The position numbers were made by a program, and so were the translations under genes. A DNA stretch of 64,000 nt from the human T2T-CHM13v2.0 reference genome, Homo sapiens: NCBI RefSeq assembly GCF_009914755.1, contig NC_060948.1; one strand, given 5' to 3'. Numbering within the stretch: the stretch's first letter is position 1; each line of letters opens with the position of its first letter. Positions 43,441-64,000 of this stretch are shown in pieces. The notes under the pieces were generated by a model. The model was not told the DNA's origin, ran no database searches, and saw only the letters and a list, made by a program, of their open reading frames with translations.

Positions 43441-45545
43441 AGATCCATATTTTTTAAATGAAAAAAAATTTCAAAGGTACTCTGCTTGGTACAATAATCA
43501 AATGTATAAACTGAGGAGTAAAACATAACCATGAAACCTACTTATAACTGCATATGGAAAATACAGAGGATAATTTTTTAAATAACATATTTTGAAAGCC
43601 TTAACTAGTAATTTGAAGAGCTGGCATTTGAAAGGCCAGTATGAATATACCTTCAAATCAGCAACACAGGTTCCCCATGAGAAAAAGCAAACACAGGGAA
43701 AATAAAAACACAAAGGTTCAATCTCTTCTGACCTTTGAAAGACACAGCACAGACAGTGGTCCTTAGGACGAAGAGCAGGAGACCCCTAATTCCGTCACCA
43801 TGGCGATAGGGCATAAACATTGCTGGGTGAGGGCACAATCCACATTGTGAGGTCCAACTGCTGCCAGGAAGACAGGAGTGCTTTTACATAGACCGAAAGG
43901 TCATTGAAGGCTCAGAGTTTTGTTTCAAGAACTGAATCCCAAGCCCACACGTTATTAGGCTGCGCTTCTTAAAACAAGTTATGAGATGGGAAAAAGGGCA
44001 CCCACAAACATACGTATACATTATGTATATAATAATATACAGTGTCATATATTTAATATATATAACCTATGTATAATATTGTTTTACATCCTGCATCTTA
44101 TGTTATATATATTGTATAAAATATAATAATTGATAATATATAAGTTTTATAATTATACAATATGACATATAGTATATATTATAATTTATGACATATATAA
44201 TATATGTTATATGTCATATATAGAATATATTATACGGTTAATATACGTATTAAATATAAATTATACATTATATATATTATATATAATATATCTGTTATAT
44301 ATAATACCCATTATGCATAATATATATATTATGTCTATGTTATATATAGTATAAAACAACATATAATAATATATAATTGTATATATAAAATGCGACATAT
44401 AATATATATTATATTTTATAACATATGTAATATATATTATATATTATATATAATACGTTGTATGTATAATACCTATATTAAATATATATTATATGACTAT
44501 GTTATTAATTACATGTCACATGTGTTATATATTATATATTTTACATAGAATATACCGGTTACATACAATATATACTATGTTACCTATAATGTATAATTTA
44601 TTACATGTAAAATAAAGAATGCAATATATTATGTATAATTTATAATATACCATATGTGGAATGTGATATATATAACATATAATATATGATATATGATATA
44701 CAGTATATGATATATAACATACAATATATGATTCCTAATATATATGGTATACAATATATATTTTATGATATGTATTCTATATGTTTTATATTCTGTTATA
44801 TATAACTATTTGAAATTATATATAACTGTATAATATTTTATGTAAATATGTAATATAATATATATAACTATATAATATATTACATATAACTATATATTAT
44901 GTTATATATACTTTTATAACATAATTTACATAAAATATCATAATGTAATATATATTATATTATTTCATATTACATAATATATATTACATATCACCCAATA
45001 TAACTAACATACATAATATTATAATATAGATTATATTGTGTTATATTAAATATCATATATATCATGTATCATATATTCTATAATATATATTACACATTAT
45101 ATAATATGTATGTTGTCTATTATGTGATATATATAACTATATATATAATTATATTTTTATACATATAACTAGATAAAAATGTAATTCTACATATTTTCAT
45201 TTATAATATGTAGAATTATATAATCATATATAATTATTTATATTCTATAAAAAATTTTATCATTATATAAATTATAATATATAAAAATTATAATATGTAC
45301 TACAAATATATATATTATATATCATATATGATATAGTACCTTTGTTATATATCATAATACATATAAATGTGTATTATGTTATCTATAATTATATAATTTC
45401 ATATATAAGATGTATAATATGTATCATATATTATAGATGTTATGTAATATATATAGTATATATAAGATGACACAGGATAAATATTATATACTATGACATA
45501 TAAAATATATGAGGTTATATGTTACATATAAGGCATAGCACATAA

Positions 45546-45860
<315 letters not shown>

Positions 45861-47988
45861 AGATCCATATTTTTTAAATGAAAAAAAATTTCAAAGGTAC
45901 TCTGCTTGGTACAATAATCAAATGTATAAACTGAGGAATAAAACATAACCATGAAACCTACTTATAACTGCATATGGAAAATACAGAGGATAATTTTTTA
46001 AATAACATATTTTGAAAGCCTTAACTAGTAATTTGAAGAGCTGGCATTTGAAAGGCCAGTATGAATATACCTTCAAATCAGCAACACAGGTTCCCCATGA
46101 GAAAAAGCAAACACAGGGAAAATAAAAACACAAAGGTTCAATCTCTTCTGACCTTTGAAAGACACAGCACAGACAGTGGTCCTTAGGACGAAGAGCAGGA
46201 GACCCCTAATTCCGTCACCATGGCGATAGGGCATAAACATTGCTGGGTGAGGGCACAATCCACATTGTGAGGTCCAACTGCTGCCAGGAAGACAGGAGTG
46301 CTTTTACATAGACCGAAAGGTCATTGAAGGCTCAGAGTTTTGTTTCAAGAACTGAATCCCAAGCCCACACGTTATTAGGCTGCGCTTCTTAAAACAAGTT
46401 ATGAGATGGGAAAAAGGGCACCCACAAACATACGTATACATTATGTATATAATAATATACAGTATCATATATATAATATATATAACCTATGTATAATATT
46501 GTTTTACATCCTGCATCTTATGTTATATATATTGTATAAAATATAATAATTGATAATATATAAGTTTTATAATTATACAATATGACATATAGTATATATT
46601 ATAATTTATGACATATATAATATATGTTATATATCATATGTAGAATATATTATACGGTTAATATACGTATTAAATATAAATTATACATTATATATATTAT
46701 ATATAATATATCTGTTATATATAATACCCATTATGCATAATATATATATTATGTCTATGTTATATATAGTATAAAACAACATATAATAATATATAATTGT
46801 ATATATAAAATGCGACATATAATATATATTATATTTTATAACATATGTAATATATATTATATATTATATATAATACGTTGTATGTATAATACCTATATTA
46901 AATATATATTATATGACTATGTTATTAATTACATGTCACATGTGTTATATATTATATATTTTACATAGAATATACCGGTTACATACAATATATACTATGT
47001 TACCTATAATGTGTAATTTATTACATGTAAAATAAAGAATGCAATATATTATGTATAATTTATAATATACAATATGTGGAATGTGATATATATAACATAT
47101 AATATATGATATATGATATACAGTATATGATATATAACATACAATATATGATTCCTAATATATATGGTATACAATATATATTTTATGATATGTATTCTAT
47201 ATGTTTTATATTCTGTTATATATAACTATTTGAAATTATATATAACTGTATAATATTTTATGTAAATATGTAATATAATATATATAACTATATAATATAT
47301 TATAGATAACTATATATTATGTTATATATACTTTTATAACATAATTTACATAAAATATCATAATATAATATATATTATATTATTTCATATTACATAATAT
47401 ATATTACATATCACCCAATATAACTAACATACATAATATTATAATATAGATTATATTGTGTTATATTAAATATCATATATATCATGTATCATATATTCTA
47501 TAATATATATTACACATTACATAATATGTATGTTGTCTATTATGTGATATATATAACTATATATATAATTATATTTTTATACATACAACTAGATAAACAT
47601 GTAATTCTACATATTTTCATTTATAATATGTAGAATTATATAATCATATATAATTATTTATATTCTATAAAAAATTTTATCATTATATAAATTATAATAT
47701 ATAAAAATTATAATATGTACTACAAATATATATATTGTATATCATATATGATATAGTACCTTTGTTATATATCATAATACATATAAATGTGTATTATGTT
47801 ATCTATAATTATATAATTTCATATATAAGATGTATAATATGTATCATATATTATATATGTTATGTAATATATATAGTATATATATGATGACACAGGATAA
47901 ATATTATATACTATGACATATAAAATATATGAGGTTATATGTTACATATAAGGCATAGCACATAACATGTAATATATATCATATATAA

Positions 47989-48280
47989 TTTTTTTTTAGA
48001 CAGAATCTTGTCCTGTTGCACAGGGTGGGGTACAATGGGGCCATCTTTGCTCACTGCAACTTCTGCCTCACGGGTCCAAGCGATTGTCCTCCCTCAGCCT
48101 CCCAGGTAGCTGGGACTACACCACACTGGGACTACACCAGCTGCCACCATGCCTAGCTAATTTTTTGGATTTTTAGTAGTGACAGCGTTTCACTGTATTG
48201 GCCAGGATGTTCTTGATCTCTTCACCTTGTGATCCCCTTGCCTTGGCCTCCAAATTTGCTGGGATTACAGGCCTGAGCCA
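47989..48280 (-). mobile_element. Alu in satellite unit 20
   Basis: Same antisense Alu, A-type. Confidence 0.93.
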
Positions 48281-50385
48281 AGATCCATATTTTTTAAATG
48301 AAAAAAAATTTCAAAGGTACTCTGCTTGGTACAATAATCAAATGTATAAACTGAGGAATAAAACATAACCATGAAACCTACTTATAACTGCATATGGAAA
48401 ATACAGAGGATAATTTTTTAAATAACATATTTTGAAAGCCTTAACTAGTAATTTGAAGAGTTGGCATTTGAAAGGCCAGTATGAATATACCTTCAAAGCA
48501 GCAACACAGGTTCCCCATGAGAAAAAGCAAACACAGGGAAAATAAAAACACAAAGGTTCAATCTCCTCTGACCTTTGAAAGACACAGCACAGACAGTGGT
48601 CCTTAGGACGAAGAGCAGGAGACCCCTAATTCCGTCACCATGGCGATAGGGCATAAACATTGCTGGGTGAGGGCACAATCCACATTGTGAGGTCCAACTG
48701 CTGCCAGGAAGACAGGAGTGCTTTTACATAGACCGAAAGGTCATTGAAGGCTCAGAGTTTTGTTTCAAGAACTGAATCCCAAGCCCACACGTTATTAGGC
48801 TGCGCTTCTTAAAACCAGTTATGAGATGGGAAAAAGGGCACCCACAAACATACGTATACATTATGTACATAATAATATACAGTATCATATATATAATATA
48901 TATAACCTATGTATAATATTGTTTTACATCCTGCATCTTATGTTATATATATTGTATAAAATATAATAATTGATAATATATAAGTTTTATATTTATACAA
49001 TATGACATATAGTATATATTATAATTTATGGCATATATAATATATGTTATATATCATATATAGAATATATTATACGGTTAATATACGTATTAAATATAAA
49101 TTATACATTATATATATTATATATAATATATCTGTTATATATAATACCCATTATGCTTAATATATATATTATGTCTATGTTATATATAGTATAAAACAAC
49201 ATATAATAATATATAATTGTATATATAAAATGCGACATAGAATATATATTATATTTTATAACATATGTAATATATATTATATATTATATATAATACGTTG
49301 TATGTTTAATACCTATATTAAATATATATTATATGACTATGTTATTAATTACATGTCACATGTGTTATATATTATATATTTTACATAGAATATACCGGTT
49401 ACATACAATATATACTATGTTACCTATAATGTATAATTTATTACATGTAAAATAAAGAATGCAATATATTATGTATAATTTATAATATACAATATGTGGA
49501 ATGTGATATATATAACATATAATATATGATATATGATATACAGTATATGATATATAACATACAATATATGATTCCTAATATATATGGTATACAATATATA
49601 TTTTATGATATGTATTCTATATATTTTATATTCTGTTATATATAACTATTTGAAATTATATATAACTGTATAATATTTTATGTTAATATGTAATATAATA
49701 TATATAACTACATAATATGTTATATATAACTATATATTATGTTATATATACTTTTATAACATAATTTACATAAAATATCATAATATAATATATCTTATAT
49801 TATTTCATATTACATAATATATATTACATATCACCCAATATAACTAACATACATAATATTATAATATAGATTATATTGTGTTATATTACATATCATATAT
49901 ATCATGTATCATATATTCTATAATATATATTACACATTATATAATATGTGTGTTGTCTATTATGTGATATATATAACTATATATATAATTATATTTTTAT
50001 ACATATAACTAGATAAACATGTAATTCTACATATTTTCACTTATAATATGTAGAATTATATAATCATATATAATTATTTATATTCTATAAAAAATTTTAT
50101 CATTATATAAATTATAATATATAAAAATTATAATATGTACTACAAATATATATATTATATATCATATATGATATAGTACCTTTGTTATATATCATAATAC
50201 ATATAAATGTGTATTATGTTATCTATAATTATATAATTTCATATATAAGATGTATAATATGTATCATATATTATAGATGTTATGTAATATATATAGTATA
50301 TATAAGATGACACAGGATAAATATTATATACTATGACATATAAAATATATGAGGTTATATGTTACATATAAGGCATAGCACATAA

Positions 50386-50700
<315 letters not shown>

Positions 50701-52835
50701 AGATCCATATTTTTTAAATGAAAAAAAATTTCAAAGGTACTCTGCTTGGTACAATAATCAAATGTATAAACTGAGGAATAAAACATAACCATGAAACCTA
50801 CTTATAACTGCATATGGAAAATACAGAGGATAATTTTTTAAATAACATATTTTGAAAGCCTTAAGTAGTAATTTGAAGAGTTGGCATTTGAAAGGCCAGT
50901 ATGAATATACCTTCAAAGCAGCAACACAGGTTCCCCATGAGAAAAAGCAAACACAGGGAAAATAAAAACACAAAGGTTCAATCTCTTCTGACCTTTGAAA
51001 GACACAGCACAGACAGTGGTCCTTAGGACGAAGAGCAGGAGACCCCTAATTCCGTCACCATGGCGATAGGGCATAAACATTGCTGGGTGAGGGCACAATC
51101 CACATTGTGAGGTCCAACTGCTGCCAGGAAGACAGGAGTGCTTTTACATAGACCGAAAGGTCATTGAAGGCTCAGAGTTTTGTTTCAAGAACTGAATCCC
51201 AAGCCCACACGTTATTAGGCTGCGCTTCTTAAAACAAGTTATGAGATGGGAAAAAGGGCAACCACAAACATACGTATACATTATGTATATAATAATATAC
51301 AGTATCATATATATAATATATATAACCTATGTATAATATTGTTTTACATCCTGCATCTTATGTTATATATATTGTATAAAATATAATAATTGATAATATA
51401 TAAGTTTTATAATTATACAATATGACATATAGTATATATTATAATTTATGACATATATAATATATGTTATATATCATATATAGAATATATTATACGGTTA
51501 ATATACGTATTAAATATAAATTATACATTATATATATTATATATAATATATCTGTTATATATAATACCCATTATGCATAATATATATATTATGTCTATGT
51601 TATATATAGTATAAAACAACATATAATAATATATAATTGTATATATAAAATGCGACATATAATATATATTATATTTTATAACATATGTAATATATATTAT
51701 ATATTATATATAATACGTTGTATGTATAATACCTATATTAAATATATATTATATGACTATGTTATTAATTACATGTCACATGTGCTATATATTATATATT
51801 TTACATAGAATATACCGGTAACATACAATATACAATATATACTATGTTACCTATAATGTATAATTTATTACATGTAAAATAAAGAATGCAATATATTATG
51901 TATAATTTATAATATACAATATGTGGAATGTGATATATATAACATATAATATATGATATATGATATACAGTATATGATATATAACATACAATATATGATT
52001 CCTAATATATATGGTATACAATATATATTTTATGATATGTATTCTATATGTTTTATATTCTGTTATATATAACTATTTGAAATTATATATAACTGTATAA
52101 TATTTTATGTAAATATGTAATATAATATATATGACTATATAATATATTATATATAACTATATATTATGTTATATATACTTTTATAACATAATTTACATAA
52201 AATATCATAATATAATATATAGTATATTATTTCATATTACATAATATATATTACATATCACCCAATATAAGTAACATACTTAATATTATAATATAGATTA
52301 TATTATGTTATATTAAATATCATATATATCATGTATCATATATTCTATAATATATATTATACATTATATAATATGTATGTTGTCTATTATGTGATATATA
52401 TAACTATATATATAAATATATTATTATACATATAACTGGATAAACATGTAATTCTACATATTTTCATTTATAATATATAGAAATATATAATCATATATAA
52501 TTATTTATATTCTATAAAAATTTATATCATTATATAAATTATAATATATAAAAATTATAATATGTACTACAAATATATATATTATATATCATATATGATA
52601 TAGTACCTTTGTTATATATCATAATACATATAAATGTGTATTATGTTATCTATAATTATATAATTTCATATATAAGATGTATAATATGTATTATTTATTA
52701 TATATGTTATGTAATATATATAGTATATATAAGCTGACACAGGATAAATATTATATACTATGACATATAAAATATATGAGGTTATATGTTACATATAAGG
52801 CATAGCACATAACATGTAATATATATCATATATAA

Positions 52836-53127
52836 TTTTTTTTTAGACAGAGTCTTGTCCTGTTGCACATGGTGGAGTACAATGGCGCCATCTTTGCTCA
52901 CTGTAACATCTGCCTCATGGGTCCAAGCGATTGTCCTCCCTCAGCCTCCCAGGTAGCTGGGACTGCACCACACTGGGACTACACCAGCTGCCACCATGCC
53001 TAGCTAATTTTTTGGATTTTTAGTAGTGACAGCGTTTCACTGTATTGGCCAGGATGGTCTTGATCTCTTCACCTTGTGATCCCCTTGCCTTGGCCTCCAA
53101 ATTTGCTGGGATTACAGGCCTGAGCCA
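52836..53127 (-). mobile_element. Alu in satellite unit 22
   Basis: Same antisense Alu, B-type. Confidence 0.93.
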
Positions 53128-53221
53128 AGATCCATATTTTTTAAATGAAAAAAAATTTCAAAGGTACTCTGCTTGGTACAATAATCAAATGTATAAACTG
53201 AGGAATAAAACATAACCATGA

Positions 53222-56925
<3,704 letters not shown>

Positions 56926-58928
56926 AACATACTTATAACTGCATATGGAAAATACAGAGTATAATTTTTTAAAATAACATATTTTGAAAGCCTTAACTAG
57001 TAATTTGAAGAGTTTGCATTTGAAAGGCCAGTATGAATATACCTTCAAAGCAGCAACACAGGTTCCAAATGAGAACAATCAAACTCAGGGAAAATAAAAC
57101 CACAAATGTTCACTCTGTTCTGACCTTTGAAAAACACAGCACAGACAGTGGCACTTAGGACCAAGAGCAGGAGATCCCTAATCCCGTCACCATGGCGATA
57201 GGGCATAAACATTGCGGGGTGAGGGCACAATGCACATTGTGAGGTCCAATTGCTGCCAGGAAGACAGGAGTGCTTTTACATAGACCGAAAGGTCATTGAA
57301 GGCTCAGATTTTCGTTTCAAAAACTGAATCCCAAGCCCACACGTTATTACGCTGCGCTTCTTAAAACAAGTTATGAGAAGGGAAATAGGGCACCCACAAC
57401 ATACGTATATAGTATGTATATAATAATATACACTATCATATATATAATATATATAACCTATGTATAATATTGTTTTACATCCTGCATCTTATATTATATA
57501 TATTATATGTAATATAATAATTGATAATATATAAGTTTATATTTATACAATATGACATATGATATATATTATATTTTATGACATATATAATATAGATTAT
57601 ATATCATATATAGAATATACTATACGGTTAATATACGTATTAAATATATAATATACATTATATATATTATATCTACGTTATATATAACATTAACTATAGA
57701 TAATATATATATTATATCTAGCTTATATATAATATAAAATAACAGATAATTATATATAATTGTATATATAAAATATGACATATAATATATATTATATTTT
57801 ATGACATATATATCATATATATTATATATTATATATAATATGTTGTATGTATAATACATATATTATATATATATTATAAGTCTAAATTATTAATTATATG
57901 TAATATATGTTATATATTACATATTTCACATTTCATACACATGTTACATACAATATATACTATGTTACATGTTACCTAGAATTTATTATATATAATATAA
58001 TGTATGTCATATATTATATATACTTTATAGTATGCAATATGTGGAATGTGATATATATAACATGTAATATATGATATATAATATACGATATATGATATAT
58101 AATATACAATATATGATACATTTTATATATGGTATACAATATATATTTTATGATATATATTATATATGTTTTATATTATATTATACATAACCATTTAATT
58201 ATATATAACTCTATAATATTGTAGGTAAATATATAATATAATACATATAACCATATATTATGTTATTTATAATTTTATTACGTACATTCAATAATATATC
58301 ATAATATAATATATATTATATTATATTATTTTATATTACATAATATATATTATATATCACATAGTATGTGTTACATACATAATATTTAAATATATATTAT
58401 ATTATGATATATTAAATATTATATATATTATGTATGCTATACTGTATAATATATATTATATATTATATAATATGCAGGGTGTCTATTATATGATATATAT
58501 TATAATATATATAATTATATTATACATATAACGATATAAATATGTAATTATATTTAACATTATATATATTACATATAGTTATATAATCATATATAATAAT
58601 TTATATTATAAAAATAATTATATCATTATATAAATTATAGTATATATAAATTATAATATGTGATAAATAATATATATTATATATCATATATGATATAGCA
58701 TATATGTTATATATCATATTATATATCAATTTACGTTATGATATCTATAATTGTATATTTTCATATATAAGATGTATAATATGAATTATATATTATATAT
58801 GTTATTAAATATATACTTTATATAAAATGACACAGGATAAATGTTATATATTATGACATATGATATATATGCGGTTATATATTATATATGAAGCATATTA
58901 CATAACATATAATATATATCATATATAA

Positions 58929-59220
<292 letters not shown>

Positions 59221-59314
59221 AGATCCACATTTTTTAAATGAAAAAAAATTTCAAAGTTATTCTGCTTGGTACAATAATCAAATATATAAACTGAGGGTTA
59301 AAACATAACCTTGG

Positions 59315-60693
59315 AACATATTTATAAGTGCATATGGATAATACAGAGGATAATTTTTTAAATAACATATTTTGAAAGCATTAACTGGTAATTTGAAGAG
59401 TTGGCATTTGAAAGGCCAGTATGAATATACCTTCAAAGCAGCAACACAGGTTCCCCATGAGAAAAATCAAACTTAGGGAAAATAAAACCACAAAGGTTCA
59501 ATCTTTTCTGACCTTTGAAAGACACAGCACAGACAGTGGTCCTTAGGACGAAGAGCAGGAGACCCCTAATTCCGTCACCATGGCGATAGGGCATAAACAT
59601 TGCTGGGTGAGGGCACAATCCACATTGTGAGGTCCAACTGCTGCCAGGAAGACAGGAGTGCTTTTACATAGACCCAAAGGTCATTGAAGGCTCAGTGTTT
59701 TGTTTCAAAAACTGAATCCCAAGCCCACACGTTATTATGCTGTGCTTCTTAAAAAAAGTTATGAGATGGGAAATAGGGCACCCACAATTATATCTATACA
59801 TTATGTATATAATAATATATAGAATCATATATATAATATATGTAACATATATATATAATACTGTTTTACATCCTGCAGTTATATTATATATATTATATGT
59901 ATTATAATAACTGGTAATGTATAAGTATTATATTTATACACTATGACATATAATAATTATATTTTATGCCGTATATAATATATATTATATATCATATACC
60001 AAATATATTATATGGTTAATATACGTATTAAATATATAATATACATTATAAATATTATATCTACGTTATATATAACATACACTATAGTTAATATATATAT
60101 TATATCTAGCTTATATATAATATAAAATAACATATAATAATATATAACTGTATATATAAAATATGACATATAATATATATTATATTTTATGACATATGTA
60201 TGATATGTATTATATATTATATATAATATGTTGTAAGTATAATACATGTATTAAATATATATTATATGTCTATGTTATTAATTATATATAATATATGTTA
60301 TTTATTATATATTTGATATAGAATACACATGTTACATAGAATATATTCTATGTTACATATAACGTAGAATTTATTATGTGTAATATAATGTATGGCATAT
60401 ATTATAAATTCCTTATAATATACAATATGTGGAATGTGATATATATAACTTGTAATATATGATATATGATATACAATATTTGTTATATAACATACAATAT
60501 ATGATACATAATATATATGGTATAGAATATATATTTTATGTTATATATTAGATATGTTTTATATTTTATTATATATAAATATTTAAAATTATATATAACT
60601 GTATAATGTTATACGTAAATATATAATATACTACATATAACCATATATTATGTTATATAAAATTTTATTACATACTTTCCATAATATATCATA
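59315..60693. repeat. Terminal truncated HSat1B unit (no Alu)
   Basis: HSATI segment plus roughly the first 60% of a diverged AT tract, cut at ATATCATA (equivalent to ~1408 in unit 1). Confidence 0.88.
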
Positions 60694-63600
60694 TGGACTC
60701 CTTTGGAATGGTCTAGTATGCAATGCAATCGACTGGCAGGGAATTAAAAGGAATGCAATCGAATGGATTGCACAGGAATGCAATGGACTCGAATAGATTG
60801 GAAACAGAATGCAAAGGAATGGAATGGAATAGTATGGAATGGAATGGAAAGGAATGGAGTGGAATAGACTAGAGTAGAATGGAATTTACTCGAAAGCAAT
60901 GGACTGGAATAGAACTTTCTTGAATGGGCTGGAATCAAACGGAATGGAATGATGTGCAATCAAATAGAATGAAAGAGAATCAAATCCAATCGAATGGATT
61001 GGAAAGGAATTGACTGAAATGGAATGGACTAGAATGGAAGGCAAAGGAATGGAATCTATAGGAATGGACTGTAATGGAATGGAATGGAAGGGATTGGAAT
61101 GGAATCGAATGGAATGGACTGCAATAGAAAGGATTCGAATGGAATGAAAAAGAATTGAATGGAATAGAACAGAATGGAATCAAATCGAATGAAATGGAAT
61201 GGAATAGAAAGGATTCGAATGGAATGCAATCGAACGGAATGGAATCGAACGGAATGGAAAAAAATGGAAGAAAACTGGCAAGAAATGGAATCGAAATGAA
61301 TGGAGTGTTATGGAACGGACTCAAAAGGAATTGAATGTAATAGAATGGAGTGGAGTGGACTCGAATATAATGGACTGGAATGGAATGAAATCACATGGAA
61401 TGGGAACGAATGGAATGGAATGGAAAGGAATGGAATCGAATGGAAAGGAATCGAATGGAAGGGAATGAAATTGAATCAACAGGAATGGAAGGGAATAGAA
61501 TAGACGGTAATGGAATGGACTCGAATAGAATGGACACGAATGCTCAAATTGAATGGACTCGAATGGAATGGAAACGAAAGGAATGTCATCGAATGTAATT
61601 GAATCGATTGGAATGAAATCGCATAGAATGGAGTGGAATCAAATGGAATTGAGTCGAAAGGAAAGGAAGCGAATGGACTGAAATGAAATGGAATGGAATT
61701 GAATGGAAAGTAATGCAATGGAATAGAATGGAACGAAATTTCACGGAATGGAATCAAACTAAATGGAATCAAATCAATGGAATCAAATCAAATGGAATGG
61801 AAAGGAATTGAATGGAGTAGATGGGATTGGATGGGATTGGAATGAAATGTACTGGAAAGAACTCGAATTTCATGAAACGGAATGGAATGAATTGGAACGG
61901 AATGGACTCGAATGGAATGGAATGTCATGGAATGGCATCAAATGGAATGGCATCAAATGGAATGGAATCGAATGCAATGGAATGCTATGGAATGGAATGG
62001 AATGCATTGGAATGGAATGTCCTCTAATGGAATGGATTCGAGTGGAATGGAATCGAATATAATGGAGTCGAATGAAATGGAATTGAAAGGAATGGGACCG
62101 AATACAATGGAATATACTGGAATGTAATGTAATGAACTCGAATGTAATTGACTGCAATGGAATGTACATGAATGGAATGTAATCGAATGGAAAGTAATCC
62201 AATGGAATAGAATCTAATGCAATAAAATCGACTCAGATAGAATAGAATGTAATGGAATGGAGTGCAGTGCAATGGAATGGAATGGAATGGAATGCAGTGG
62301 AATGGAATGGAATGGAATGCAATGGAATGGAATGTATTAGAATGTAATGAACATTAATGGAATGTACTCGAATGGATTCGACTGGAATGGAATCGTACGG
62401 AATGGAATCTAATGGAATGGAATTAAATGGAAATGAATCAAATTGAATAGCACGGAATTGAATTGAATGGAATGGAATGCAATGGAATCTAATGAAACGG
62501 AAAGGAAAGGAATGGAATGGAATGGAATGGGCTGGAATGGAAAGGAATCGAAACGAATGGAATGGAATCGAACTGAAGAGACTGGAATGGAATGCACTGG
62601 AATGGAAGGGAGTGTAATGGAAGGTTCTCGAAAAAAATGGAATCGAATGGAATGGAATTGAATGGAACGGAATAGAGTCGAATGGAATTGAATGGAATGG
62701 AATGGACTAGAGTGAAATGGAATCGAACCACAAGGAATGGACAGGAATAGAATGGTCTCGAATTGAATGGAATCGTATGGAATGGCATCAAACGGAATGG
62801 AATGGACACCCACGGAATGGAATGTACTCGAATGCAATGGAGTCGAAACTAATGGACTGGAATAGAATGGACTCGACTGGTACGGACTCCAATGGAATGG
62901 AATCGAATGCAAGGGAATCGAACGGAATGGACTCGAAGGGAAAAGACTGCAATGGAAAGGTCTCGAATGGAATGGAAATTAATGGAATGGATTGGAATCG
63001 AATGAAATGGAGTCAAAAGGAATGGAATCGAATGGCAAGAAATCAAATGTAATGGAATCGCAAGGAATTGATGTGAACGGAACGGAATGGAATGGAATCC
63101 AAAGGAATGGAATAGAATGGAATGGAATCGAATGGAAAGGACTCGAATGGAAATCACTCGAATAGAATGCAATTTAATAAAATAGGATCAAATGTAATGG
63201 AATGGAATGGAAAGGAATCGAAACGAAAGGAATGGAGACAGATGGAATGGAATGGAACAGAGAGCAATGGTATAGAATGGAATGGAATCATCTGGAATGG
63301 AATTGAATGGAATGGAATAACATGAAATGGAATGGAATGGAATGGAATGCCCTTGAATTAAATGGACTGGAATGGAATGGACTCGAACAGAGTGGAATGG
63401 AAAGTGTTGAAATATAATGGAATGGACTCCTTTGGAATGGTCTAGTATGCAATGCAATCGACTGGCAGGGAATCAAAAGGAATGTAATCGAATGGATTGG
63501 ACTGGAATGCAATGGACTCGAATAGATTGGAAACGGAATGCAAAGGAATGGAATGGAATAGTATGGAATGGAATGGAAAGGAATGGAGTGGAATAGACTA

Positions 63601-64000
63601 GAGTGGAATGGAATGGACTGGAAAGCAATGGACTGGAATGGAACTTTCTTGAATGGACTGGAATCAAACGGAATGGAATGCAATGCAATCAAATGGCATG
63701 GAATAAAATAGAATGAAAGAGAATCAAACGGAATTGAATCGAATGGAATCGAATGGATTGGAAAGGAATAGAATGGAATGGAATGGAATTGACTCAAATG
63801 GAATGGACTAGAATGGAATGGATTCGAATGGAAGGCAAAGGAATGGAATCTATTGGAATGGACTGTAATGGAATGGAATGGAAGGGATTGGAATGGACTC
63901 GAATGGAATGGACTGCAATAGAAAGGATTCGAATGGAATGAAAAAGAATTGAATGGAATAGAACAGAATGGAATCAAATCCAATGAAATTGAATGGAATA
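60693..64000 (+). repeat. HSat3 (GGAAT)n pentamer satellite with ~2.7-2.8-kb higher-order period
   Basis: Degenerate GGAAT/CGAAT/GGACT pentamers throughout. The distinctive string ATGGACTCCTTTGGAATGGTCTAGTATGCAATGCAATCGACTGGCAGGG occurs at 60693 and 63422 (offset 2729). Confidence 0.95.

Noticed and set aside
60744-63983. Many overlapping ORFs (MEWNG.../FHSIP...), up to 231 aa
   Set aside because: (GGAAT)n and (ATTCC)n lack stop codons in every frame, so long ORFs on both strands are expected artefacts.

Overview
This window is primate, almost certainly human, constitutive heterochromatin with no credible genes. Bases 1-60693 are a head-to-tail array of a ~2.42-kb composite satellite matching HSat1B/DYZ2. 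Each unit has three parts: a ~570-bp moderately GC-rich 'HSATI' segment, a ~1.55-kb TA-derived AT-rich tract, and a ~292-bp antisense, 5'-clipped Alu with an internal 16-bp duplication. There are 22 complete units of 2415-2427 bp, then an Alu-less fused double unit (about 3.7 kb), a diverged unit of about 2.39 kb and a truncated last unit, giving 24 Alus in all. At ~60693 the array joins abruptly to a (GGAAT)n HSat3 array whose first higher-order period is 2729 bp. HSat1B next to HSat3 is known from Yq12 and from the acrocentric short arms, and I cannot tell which from this sequence alone. All ORFs in the track are by-products of the repeats. I found no evidence for a new gene-encoded system. 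The interesting signal is the array's readable history: mappable 1-, 2- and 3-unit duplications, two interleaved unit haplotypes with mosaic switch units, an Alu-deleting junction, and a stepwise drift of the AT tract toward pure (TA)n at the HSat3 boundary. All comparisons were made by eye.
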